This document shows positions 1 through 10,898 of a DNA stretch of 64,000 nucleotides, one piece after another. Origin of the DNA: Octopus bimaculoides. Taxonomy: Eukaryota. Both the position numbers and the translations under genes were made by a program. The DNA lies in assembly GCF_001194135.2 (NCBI RefSeq), contig NC_069005.1, positions 8,497,804-8,561,803 of the forward strand. Reading direction: 5' to 3'. Below the pieces are notes generated by a model, which was not told where the DNA came from, searched no databases, and saw only the letters and a list, made by a program, of their open reading frames with translations. Positions within the stretch are counted from its first letter, which is position 1. Each line of letters opens with the position of its first letter.

Positions 1-573
1 TATATATATATATATGCATATAGTGTAATATATACACATAATCATGGAATAATACTTTAAATTGCTTGAACATAATGAAAGTCAATATTTCATTTGCTTA
101 ATTCAGTGGTGGAGAAAATATCTTCAGAGTGAGAAGAAAGAATTGGCATTTGAGTGAAAGACAGAGAGTTAAACAGGGGTGAAAGAGAGAGTGAAAGATA
201 GGGGGAAAGAGAGAGAGAGAGACAGAGAGAGAGGGAAAGAGAAGCTGATGTAAAATTATTCAATTTTCTTGTCTCGACTCGTTTTGCTTTGTTTCACATC
301 CTATCTTATTAGCTTCATTTCCCCATTTCTGCTACTGTTTCTGCAATGTTGGAGTTGGGGGTTGGAGACGGTGAAGGTCTCTGCGCTCGAGGCATGGTAG
401 GCCACTGGCACTATCTTGATAAAACAGTGTATATGATCCGAGACGAAGTCGATGTCCATCCGTGTGTTGTGGACTTCAAGCACTATTAATTAATCAACTT
501 CTGTTTGAAATGCTCTCCCAGCCCCCACTCTCTCCTCTCCACTCCACCTTTCGTTTGTCACAACCCACACATC

Positions 574-613
<40 letters not shown>

Positions 614-864
614 ACTTCACCCTCTGTTCCTCTTTTGTAATATACATTATTTATTGAGTGGCTATTTGCTTATTGATCGCAACTTACTTGATTAGCTTAC
701 TCTCGTCTCATAGCTTTTTGTCATTTCTCGCTCATTTATCTGGATTTACATACACATATATTCATATACACAGCTGCACACACATACACACACACACTTG
801 TATATGTATCAATGAAAATCAAACATGTGAGAGAGTGTGTGTAAATGTATATACATATACATAC

Positions 865-941
<77 letters not shown>

Positions 942-1287
942 NNNNNNNNNNNNNNNNNNNNNNNNNNNNNNNNNNNNNNNNNNNNNNNNNNNNNNNNNNN
1001 NNNNNNNNNNNNNNNNNNNNNNNNNNNNNNNNNNNNNNNNNNNNNNNNNNNNNNNNNNNNNNNNNNNNNNNNNNNNNNNNNNNNNNNNNNNNNNNNNNNN
1101 NNNNNNNNNNNNNNNNNNNNNNNNNNNNNNNNNNNNNNNNNNNNNNNNNNNNNNNNNNNNNNNNNNNNNNNNNNNNNNNNNNNNNNNNNNNNNNNNNNNN
1201 NNNNNNNNNNNNNNNNNNNNNNNNNNNNNNNNNNNNNNNNNNNNNNNNNNNNNNNNNNNNNNNNNNNNNNNNNNNNNNNNNNNNNNN

Positions 1288-1343
<56 letters not shown>

Positions 1344-1480
1344 TCTCTCTCTCTCTCTCTTTCTCTCTCTCTTGATGGGAGTTTTGTTAAAGAGCATAGC
1401 CAGCCAGAATATTGATATAATAGCTACGAGTTCAATCACATTGTTGCAAGCATTGACCTATCAGTGTTGTTGTTGTTAAG

Positions 1481-1525
1481 GCAAATCCTGATAGCGTTGA
1501 GCAAATCCTGATAGCATTGAGCAAA
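1481..1525. repeat. 20-bp tandem duplication within a family D copy
   Basis: GCAAATCCTGATAGC(G/A)TTGA twice plus GCAAA. Confidence 0.9.
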
Positions 1526-2580
1526 GCTATGATCAGAAGCATCACTTTTTATATGCAGATATAGTGTACCTAGGAATATATTATTTAACGTATCCTTCCT
1601 CTATTTTTTTTCTTTTTTTTTTTTCAAATGATAGTGAGATGAGCTTCTTTCAGTTACTGCTTGCAAAATCCATACACAAGGCTTTGATTGACTCAGGGCT
1701 ATTGTAGAAGACACTTACCTAATGTTTCGTGCAGCCATATCTGTGCCAATATCCATGCCTGCACCTATTTCAGAACGAAAATGCAAAGCATCTGTTTTTT
1801 TTGGTTTAATCCAAAGATTATTGCAACACAATTCTGGATGGAATTAACAAAACATGATAGGAAAGAAAAAAAAAGAGAAAATGACATAAGTTCCAAATCA
1901 TTAACAATATTTGTGTACATTTTGTTAAAAGGCTATTTGGATTTGAATATGTTAGGTCAGCATGAATTCAACTTCATTGGCTACCAACTTCTTTGCAAGT
2001 AAAATTCAAAATAGATTCTATTGCTAGATGCATCTATGACTTTGCAATAAAAAATCTGGAGGATTTATCAAGCTTAGCTACAGCCTTCTTTGCATCACAT
2101 GTTCTCATAGATTGCCCAGCTAAAATTCTTAGAGCTTTTGTGTTTATGGCTCCATGTTTCTAAAATTCTTTACCAGCCAGTAACTATCATCATCACCCAA
2201 TCATCATTTAAATGTCCCTGTTGGTATGGGTTGGAGAGCTTGATAGGAGACGATGGTTTCCAATGTCTGCTTTTGCATGGTTTTTGAAGTTGAATGCTCT
2301 CTTTATCACCAACCATTTTACAGTATGTTCTGGGTGCTCATTTTTGTGGCACCAACACCAATGAGGTTGCTGTGTCGTTTGCAAAACTACAAGCCACTGA
2401 AAGAAATGGCTTCATGCTAGAGGTTGAGTGGTTGAAGTGTGAGAGAAAGGGCCCAGAGTAGAACAAGTTTCTTGTTGTAGAGGAGCTACACGACTGCTCA
2501 CATTTAAGAAGAGAAAGTGGGTGTGATTGGGTGGAGGTGAGAAAAGATGAAAAATGGTGGTGAGGTATCTGTGTGGACCC

Positions 2581-2642
2581 TCGTTGTATGAGGCGAGTGG
2601 GGACAGAGGAATCGTTGTATGAGGTAAGTGGGGACAGAGGAA
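2581..2642. repeat. 31-bp tandem duplication
   Basis: TCGTTGTATGAGG(CG/TA)AGTGGGGACAGAGGAA twice. Confidence 0.9.
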
Positions 2643-2964
2643 TGAAGAATGTGAGTGGATGGTGGTTGCAAGACTGTATGGGGAGAGTGACAGATGGAGA
2701 ATGGATGAGGGGAGGAAAGAAATAGAAAAACTACTGTAAAGATTTGGTAGGATTCAAGGATAGATATGGCAGATATGTTTAGATTTTGTTTGTAATAAGT
2801 TCAAAACAATGTTTCTAGATACCTTGATTTGAAAGAATCAATTAGACATATTACTTTATCTGTTAGACCCCATATTGCTACTCTTTAAAATGTTTCTGTG
2901 TAATAATTTCCTGTCTGTACTATATACAGAATATTGTATTAAAATTGAATTACAAATAATAGCA

Positions 2965-3125
2965 TCTAACAAAGGCACAAGACCAGAAATTTGGAGGAGG
3001 AAGTAAAAGTAAAATAAATCAAACCCAGTACTTAACTGGTGCTTTAGTTTATTGACCTTAGAAAGATGAAAGGCAAAATTGACCTTGGCATAGATCAAAT
3101 ACTTAAAAGTATTTTACCCAACACT
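2965..3125 (-). mobile_element. SINE family B, reverse copy
   Basis: AAAGGCACAAGACC...GATGAAAGGCAAAATTGACC. Other reverse fragments at 11030-11150, 16845-16990, 38725-38940 and 56295-56425. Confidence 0.72.
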
Positions 3126-4124
3126 TTAATAGTATACCTCAATTACATAATTTAATATGTCTTTTAAAAAGACATATTAAGACTGTAGCATTTTGTTTGA
3201 AGGAGATTTAGTTGATTTTTCTAGCAGGTCAAAAGACCACACAAAGGTTCTTTGTTGACTTGTATCATTATCACATTGTATTCGTTGGTTTAGGTTCATA
3301 ATTATCCAAGATTAATTATCTACCATGCGTGTTGCTTTATCAATAAGCGTATGACAGAAGCCTTGTGATGCACCATAAAGCAGACAAATTAATTAAAAGA
3401 GACAGCTGACGACTAGTATTTGTAAAAGAACTTCTAGAAAATGATAGTAAATTAATAAAGTCTCGGAGGGGCAGCAGTTACAGTGCTAAAGGAAATGTTG
3501 TGTGGTTTTTAATTATTGCTCTTTAATCATTATGTTCTGAATTCAAATTGTATGAAACCATTATAAACCAAGAAGCCATGAATTCCTAAAGAAGTGTAAC
3601 CCTACAAGAACTAGAATTTCAGTGAAGGAAAACTTAGAACTATGTATTGTTGACTGTGATGAAAAAGGCTCACAGTCAACAACACACATATACCCCCCCC
3701 CAAAAAAAAATCAAGCAAAACAGTACATGTACATCAAACACATCCCATCTTCAGCTACCTAATGAATATCATTATGGTTTTGACACCAGGGAAGGACTAA
3801 GCTGTGTAATGTGTCATTTTTTTAAAGTGAATAGAGTGGGCTTTGAGAGAGACCTAACTGCTATTTTTAGCATGTTGGGCAGCTGCATGGATATTGTCTC
3901 AGTTGGCTTGTTAAGTACTGTTTATGTACTGTGGTCAATTAAAATTAATATATTCCTTTCCAGCAATGCTTGTGAATCTGTGATAAAGTTAGAAATGTAT
4001 ATTTCATTGTAGCATAGGAGGCAAATTTAACTATTTTTTTTTTTAGGAAAAAAACCAAAAGCAAATAGAGCAAGAAAACCACTTTTATACCTTTACAAAT
4101 TTGTTCCTGTGCTGCCAATGATAA

Positions 4125-4329
4125 GGCGGAGAGCTGACAGAAACGTTAGCATGCCAGGTGAAATGCTAAGTGGTATTTCGTTTGTCTAAGTTCAAATTCT
4201 ACCAAGGTTGACTTTGCCTATCATCCTTTCAGGGTAGATAAATTAAGTACCAGTTGTATACTGAGGTTGATTTAATCAACTGGCCCCCTCCCCCAAAATT
4301 ATGGGCCTTGTGCCTAGAGTAGAAAAGAA
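4125..4329 (+). mobile_element. tRNA-derived SINE family B
   Basis: Head GGCGGAGAGCTGACAGAAACGTTAGC, B-box GTTCAAATTC, core CTTTGCCTATCATCCTTTCAGGGTAGATAAATTAAGTACCAG, and 3' GGCCTTGTGCCTAGAGTAGAAAAGA. Confidence 0.88.
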
Positions 4330-4539
4330 TATTAATAACCATGATCTAAATGTTGCATTAATACACAATGACTACAGTTCTATTACATGGTCTCAACGTA
4401 GCTCAGTCAAAAACCCTGAATAGGCTGCCAATCCTATGCTCTGCACAACGCTGTGAGCTGTTATCTCTGAGAGTAACAGGTGTTACTCTCAGAGGTTTCA
4501 GCTCACCAAGGCCAGTGATATTTTAGTAAAAGTGTAAGG

Positions 4540-4735
4540 CAAAGGCATGGCTGTGTGGTTAAGAAGTTTGCATTGCAACCGTGTGATTTCAAGTTCATTC
4601 CTGCTGCATAGCACCATGAAGAAGTATTTTTCACTGTCACTTTGGGCTGACCAATGCCTTGCAAGTGAAATTGTTTGACAGAAACTGTACAGAAGTCCAT
4701 TGTTTCTGTATGAATGTGTGATTGTGTGTACATGT
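4540..4735 (+). mobile_element. SINE family A 5' half
   Basis: GGCATGGCTGTGTGGTTAAGAAG head and body. Similar partial copies at 16285-16640(+), 18340-18495(-), 29068-29230(+), 36845-37025(+, tail), 45530-45690(-), 47300-47440(-), 52583-52740(+) and 53300-53475(-). Confidence 0.72.
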
Positions 4736-5169
4736 GATTGTTTTCCAATTTTTGTGTTGACATTGCTTACGTACCCAAGTGTAAAACAATGTAAGCATTT
4801 AGGTAGCAGTGCTGTAATTTTTGTATGCTTGCTATAAGAACATGTCCAACTGCCGAGTAGTTTGGCATGCAGAAACCAGGAGAATAAAGTACCATACTTG
4901 GAACAAAGAGTTGGTGCTAATAAAGACATCTGACCACTGTCTCCACTATTTTCATTGAATCCATACCAACACAGAAGGAACAAAATGGACATGATGATTA
5001 TGATGATACAAAAGATTATGTAGCAATATGGGATTAATTGGTTGAGAGGGAATCATTTAGTGTTTATAAACTCTGGTTTGTTGAATACATACATGTATAT
5101 TGGCAATATATATATATATATATATATATATGTTAATTCTCTAAATGAAGTATTAACAGTAACTGCACG

Positions 5170-5909
5170 ATAAAGTGTAGTATATTGCCACTTAAGTGTG
5201 GCTGACCCCTAGGGGTGGATGTTACTGTTGCTTTTAGCCCCAGGAGGACATCTCCTCCAGCTGGCTTATCGACACACGACTGTGTCCTGTTTGCCAAGGG
5301 TAGTTATCCCTCTCACCAACATCTGCAGCAAACAGGACACAGTCGTGTGTCGATNNNNNNNNNNNNNNNNNNNNNNNNNNNNNNNNNNNNNNNNNNNNNN
5401 NNNNNNNNNNNNNNNNNNNNNNNNNNNNNNNNNNNNNNNNNNNNNNNNNNNNNNNNNNNNNNNNNNNNNNNNNNNNNNNNNNNNNNNNNNNNNNNNNNNN
5501 NNNNNNNNNNNNNNNNNNNNNNNNNNNNNNNNNNNNNNNNNNNNNNNNNNNNNNNNNNNNNNNNNNNNNNNNNNNNNNNNNNNNNNNNNNNNNNNNNNNN
5601 NNNNNNNNNNNNNNNNNNNNNNNNNNATCAGTGAAGAATTTCACTTGAAAAGAAGATATAAGATTGCCAGGTTTTTGTCTCTCTCACCAAGGTCAGCGGC
5701 TATCGGACGCCGACGAAGGGAAATAACCCTGAAATCCGGATCCGTTCGTGCTGCAGATGTTGGTGAGAGGGATAACTACCCTTGGCAAACAGGACACAGT
5801 CGTGTGTCGATAAGCCAGCTGGAGGAGATGTCCTCCTGGGGCTAAAAGCAACAGTAACATCCACCCCTAGGGGTCAGCCACACTTAAGTGGCAATATACT
5901 ACACTTTAT
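5170..5909. repeat. 161-bp perfect inverted repeat (5170-5330 / 5749-5909) spanning an assembly gap
   Basis: ATAAAGTGTAGTATATTGCC...CATCTGCAGCA is the exact reverse complement of TGCTGCAGATG...GGCAATATACTACACTTTAT. Confidence 0.92.
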
Positions 5910-6060
5910 ATATATATATATATATATATATGCGTGTGTATGTATATGTGTGCATAAATAAATACATACAGACAGACACATACACACATACATCGCTAAG
6001 ACAACTCTCCATGATAAATATTTAACTCATCCTCTCCATGTGTTATCAATTGAACTTGAC

Positions 6061-6337
6061 ACTCTTCGATATTAACCCATCTGAGACTGCTGCCTATGGT
6101 TCTATGATATGAATCTTTCATTTTAAAGTTTATAAATTTTAATTACAAAAACAAATAAAGCAAAAACAAATCCTGTCATAATTTAGTGTAAGAAGTGCTA
6201 AGTTATGTTGCACACTCCAGCGTAATTATGAAAACGTTGGTTATTTTACTGAATTTCTTTAAAATTCTTGCGTATTTTCAAAATGAATTGAGACACGTTG
6301 GTTGCATAATTTCATTAGAAAGGTAGTCATGAAAGGG
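6061..6337 (-). mobile_element. Same TTAA MITE family, reverse and diverged
   Basis: Interior aligns by eye to the reverse complement of 10677-10898; ends GAAAGGG|TTA. Confidence 0.5.
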
Positions 6338-6674
6338 TTATAAAACAACAAAAATCAATTCCATGGAATTTCTGGTGAGACAAATTTGACAAGTCTAAGG
6401 TGATGAAATGCTTTCATAATCTTTTTGATTGGCTTCTGTGCTGAGTGCTGTTCTATCGATTGTTTTCAACAACTCATTTGGACACTCCGGCAAGGTTATA
6501 AATATGAATATTATCTGTACTGATGGGACAGTTATCAACCCTTATTGTTATTGTCTGTTATTTCACATTGTGAATACAAATCTCTCTTTCCTATCAATAT
6601 TTATTTCTCTTTTAATGCTTGCAAGGGTTAAAACTGAAGGTGACACTTCACACATCTTTATGATTATATTTCAG

Positions 6675-7050
6675 CCAGGAAAAGTTAAATTATGAGAAAA
6701 GACTGCAGATTTCTCTCTGTCTCTCTTTGCTATCAATTCTTGGTTTTATTATCAAGTTCTAACAGGAATGGGTAGGCAGTAAATTATAAGAAGACACTGC
6801 TCATCCCTCTGTTAGTTGACTGCCATATTCTTTGTTTTTCATCTTGTGGCTGGAAGGAGGTTAAATTATATGAAAAGCTGCAGATTTTCTCTCTGTCTCT
6901 TCTCTATCAATTCTTTGTTTTACTACCAACTTTTGATCGGGAGAGGGTTGAATTAAAAGTCATCACTGCAAAATCTCTTTGTCTCTTCATTGTAAATTCT
7001 TTATTTTACTTTTGGCTGGAAGGAGTTTGAATTAAGAAGTCATCATAAAC
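6675..7050. repeat. Degenerate minisatellite, about 80-90 bp unit, 4-5 copies
   Basis: Recurrent GG.AGG.GTT.AATTA...CTGCA.ATT.TCTCT.TGTCTC...ATTCTT.GTTTT at about 6678, 6770, 6853, 6940 and 7018. Confidence 0.7.
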
Positions 7051-7274
7051 ATCTTGCCACTGTCAGTTTTTGTTCAAACTTTGTGTTAGACTGATGTAAA
7101 ATGAAAGACGTTTGTTAATAAGCCAACAATCTTAAGTCTTTGGTGCATGTTGTTGTTGTATAACCCCAGGTTATTCCATGTCTAGAACAACTCTCTATAA
7201 GTTTTCCTGATCAGGGTTGACCTGAGACAAAATATCAATGACAACAATAGAATCGACATTAGCCAAAGGTGAGG

Positions 7275-7505
7275 TTCTCTGTGCATATGTTTGACCTGCT
7301 AGAAATAGCAGTCACATCTACCTTAAGCCATACTCTACCTTCTAAAAAAAAGGAAAGACAAGGGAAAGACACAGTTATTAGACACTGTTATTAGATACTA
7401 TTGAATAAAAAAAAAATGACAAGATTGTGGATTGTCATAATTATAATACATTTGATCAATAATAGGGTCTGATCAGTCAGGGCTGCCTTGAGATTAAAAC
7501 AACTA
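7275..7505 (+). repeat. Dispersed repeat family D (GCTAGAAATAGCAG...GATCAG..GGGCTG.CCT.G.G.TAAA.CAAC tail), class unresolved
   Basis: Recurs at about 1455-1640(-), 3160-3250(-), 11215-11320(-), 13015-13150(-), 54150-54345(+) and 62950-63070(-). The (CAA)n-like tail suggests retroposition. Confidence 0.65.
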
Positions 7506-7890
7506 TAAAAACAATAACTCAATCTATTTTACATCATACCCAACCAGTTTACTCTTGGGGAGTGGTTTGGTTTGGAAGATGCCGTCCAAAATATACATTG
7601 TGCTTGGTGATAACACAAGATGTCCTCAAGCAAATGAGAGATCTTATTTAGAGTTGCTCAAACTGATAGAATTAGAAGCCAAGTTCTCAACTTACACACT
7701 AATTAAGAAATTTGTATCACAAATTCATAGATCAATGCTTTGTAAGTAAAATTGGTAGATTTAAAGTCTGATGCCATGTAATAAAGGTTTAAGCGGTGTT
7801 AATTTTTTGTGTGCTTTCCAATGGATAAGTGTGTTTCATGTAATTGCCATATAAACTTACATGCATGTGTGTGTGTCTATATACATATAT

Positions 7891-7951
<61 letters not shown>

Positions 7952-8254
7952 TATATATACACACTCATATATACACACACATATATATATATATACACAT
8001 ATATACATACACACACATATATATACACATATATACATTCAGCAATGTAACTACACATGTGCTGTTGGTGGTTTTCTTTCTTCCTTCTTTGGACTTTTCC
8101 CTTTTCAACAAAGAGCTATGCTTGAAATGTCAAAAACTCTCTCCTTTTACTGAGCATCAAACTAATACATTCCATGTACCTGTCCTGTTGTTTGTTATTG
8201 TTATTTTTAATGCTCATTTATTCAATTTGATTATATATATATATATATATATAT

Positions 8255-8445
8255 TTGACTACTGACCGAGACCTTTGGAAATGTGCTGTGCGTGAGAAGA
8301 CCCGGCAAGCCAAGTAAGATCGTTGCCAGTGCCCCTGGACTGGTTCTTGTGCGGGTGGCACATGAGATGCACCATTTTGAGCGTGGCCGTTGCCAGTACC
8401 GCCTGACTGGCTCCCGTAGGATTTTCGAGCGAGATCGTTGCCAGT
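8255..8445 (+). mobile_element. RTE LINE fragment: last ORF2 codons plus part of 3' UTR
   Basis: LTTDRDLWKCAVREKTRQAK* at 8255-8317, followed by a UTR with three CGTTGCCAGT repeats. CpG-rich, so probably young. Appears to continue the protein seen at 26034-26385. Confidence 0.8.
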
Positions 8446-9264
8446 AAAATAAGTTAATTAATTCAACAGAATACACTGTCTGCAAGTCGTTGAGTACTGC
8501 ATATTCTCCTCCATTTTCTAATTACTATATAAATTTAGGGTAAAATAACTCCCCTTTTACCTGCACCCACTTATTACACTTGGTATAACACTAGTGTANN
8601 NNNNNNNNNNNNNNNNNNNNNNNNNNNNNNNNNNNNNNNNNNNNNNNNNNNNNNNNNNNNNNNNNNNNNNNNNNNNNNNNNNNNNNNNNNNNNNNNNNNN
8701 NNNNNNNNNNNNNNNNNNNNNNNNNNNNNNNNNNNNNNNNNNNNNNNNNNNNNNNNNNNNNNNNNNNNNNNNNNNNNNNNNNNNNNNNNNNNNNNNNNNN
8801 NNNNNNNNNNNNNNNNNNNNNNNNNNNNNNNNNNNNNNNNNNNNNNNNNNNNNNNNNNNNNNNNNNNNNNNNNNNNNNNNNNNNNNNNNNNNNNNNNNNN
8901 NNNNNNNNNNNNNNNNNNNNNNNNNNNNNNNNNNNNNNNNNNNNNNNNNNNNNNNNNNNNNNNNNNNNNNNNNNNNNNNNNNNNNNNNNNNNNNNNNNNN
9001 NNNNNNNNNNNNNNNNNNNNNNNNNNNNNNNNNNNNNNNNNNNNNNNNNNNNNNNNNNNNNNNNNNNNNNNNNNNNNNNNNNNNNNNNNNNNNNNNNNNN
9101 NNNNNNNNNNNNNNNNNNNNNNNNNNNNNNNNNNNNNNNNNNNNNNNNNNNNNNNNNNNNNNNNNNNNNNNNNNNNNNNNNNNNNNNNNNNNNNNNNNNN
9201 NNNNNNNNNNNNNNNNNNNNNNNNNNNNNNNNNNNNNNNNNNNNNNNNNNNNNNNNNNNNNNNN

Positions 9265-9328
<64 letters not shown>

Positions 9329-10676
9329 CAATTTATATGAATAGTTCCCAGTTATTTTTTTTTCTGTAAATTTTCATTTCATTTATAGCCTCCATAGCTT
9401 TAGAATAAATATCTGCAGATTTTGTTGTTATTCATATTTCAGTTATTCTGATTTACACCACGTTCTATAACAAATATTAATATATTTAATATAAGCATTT
9501 TTGTTTTTCCATCAGAAACACACCTACAAAAGGGTTAAATTCTACCCCACCCCACACTCATCCTGGTATCCCTTTAATTAACAAGCTTGCGCTCTTCTAC
9601 TCTCGCCACACTTTCCAACACACACACACACACACACACACACACGTACCTAAACTAAACTTTGTTTGCATGCTTACTTATTTCTTATGCTTTGTGAAAC
9701 ACATCAGATCTGTTTTAATATTTTGTCATGTTGGAACTATTGTTCTTGGAAATAATTCTTCTTGTTTTTGTCCTCCTTCTTCTTGACAGTTTTGATTAAG
9801 ACAAGACAGTAATTTGTTTGTTATACAAATATAATTAGAAATAGCAAAATGAATACTGTTTAAGTTATTTACTGAATTATGATGATTGCAATTATTATTA
9901 TTGTTTTGTTTTTACTAGTTTTGTATGTATTTTTGTTATAGGTTTTTGTTTTTTTACCATTTTTATTATTATAATAATCCATTTATTTCGTCTTTCAAAT
10001 TAGATGAAGGTGTTAATAAGAAAATTCATATGCAACGTCTATTATTTATTTATTTACTTATTTATTTATTTATCATTTTGCGGTTTTGTTTTTTTTTCCT
10101 TTTTTAAAAATATTTTTTAATTTCTTTTGTTTCTAAATAATAAATTCCATATTTTTTGGTCTAATTAAAAAAATAAACAAATTAAATAAATAAATGTTAT
10201 TTACATATTGTTATTTGTAAAAGAAAATAGCAAATTATCTTTTGTTAATATATTTTCACATCTGTTGTTTTTTAAGACAAATTACCTCAGCCCATAACTG
10301 ATGAGAAGACCCCCAACTGTTTGCAGGTGACAGAGCACAGTTATCATCATCATCATCATCATCATTATCACCATTCTCATTGTAATTATTGTTGTCATCA
10401 TCATACCATAATTACTATTATCGTCAACATTGCCATCGTCATCATTAGTGTCATTATCACATCGTCATCAGTATTATTGCCACACTCAATATCGTCAACA
10501 TCATTGTTACCCTCATCATCTTTGCGTCTGTGTCTTTCTTGTTGCCCTATGGGCTTGTAGTATAGCATATATTACTACCGTTCCTTTCCGCTGTCTCTCA
10601 TTGCCTCAGTGCAGAGGAGAGCACAACATCCTGAAATAGAATATTCCTGAGATTTCTTAGACTTTCTTCCTGTCAA

Positions 10677-10898
10677 CCCTTTTGTTACCATATTTCTGTG
10701 AAAATACACTGTCTTTATTTCAATTAATTTTGAGAAAAAATGAAGAATTTAGTAAAATAACTTTGTCATTATTAAGCTGGTGTTTGGAACTTAAATTAAT
10801 ATGAAATCTTGATGGAAGGTTTTGATTTAGATAAGTTTAAAACAGGAATTTGTATCATAAACCCAGGACCAGTTTTAAGCAGGTTAGTATCAAAAGGG
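10677..10898 (+). mobile_element. TTAA-flanked MITE (piggyBac-like termini)
   Basis: TCAA|CCCTTTTGTTACCA ... TAGTATCAAAAGGG|TTAA: 14-bp TIRs with 12/14 match, no coding capacity. Confidence 0.7.

Noticed and set aside
4498-4992. 164-aa minus-strand ORF
   Set aside because: Overlaps a family-A SINE and its tail on the opposite strand; no protein-like motifs.
7625-7665. ANERSYLELLKLIE resembling the hAT dimerisation motif ERSFS.LKLIK
   Set aside because: Short match needing an insertion, with no other hAT motifs or termini nearby.
10321-10639. His/Ile-rich ORFs (similar cases at 39353-39802, 44102-44509, 56079-56423 and 59674-60424)
   Set aside because: Degenerate (CAT)/(ATT)/(AGT) trinucleotide tracts read through; not genes.
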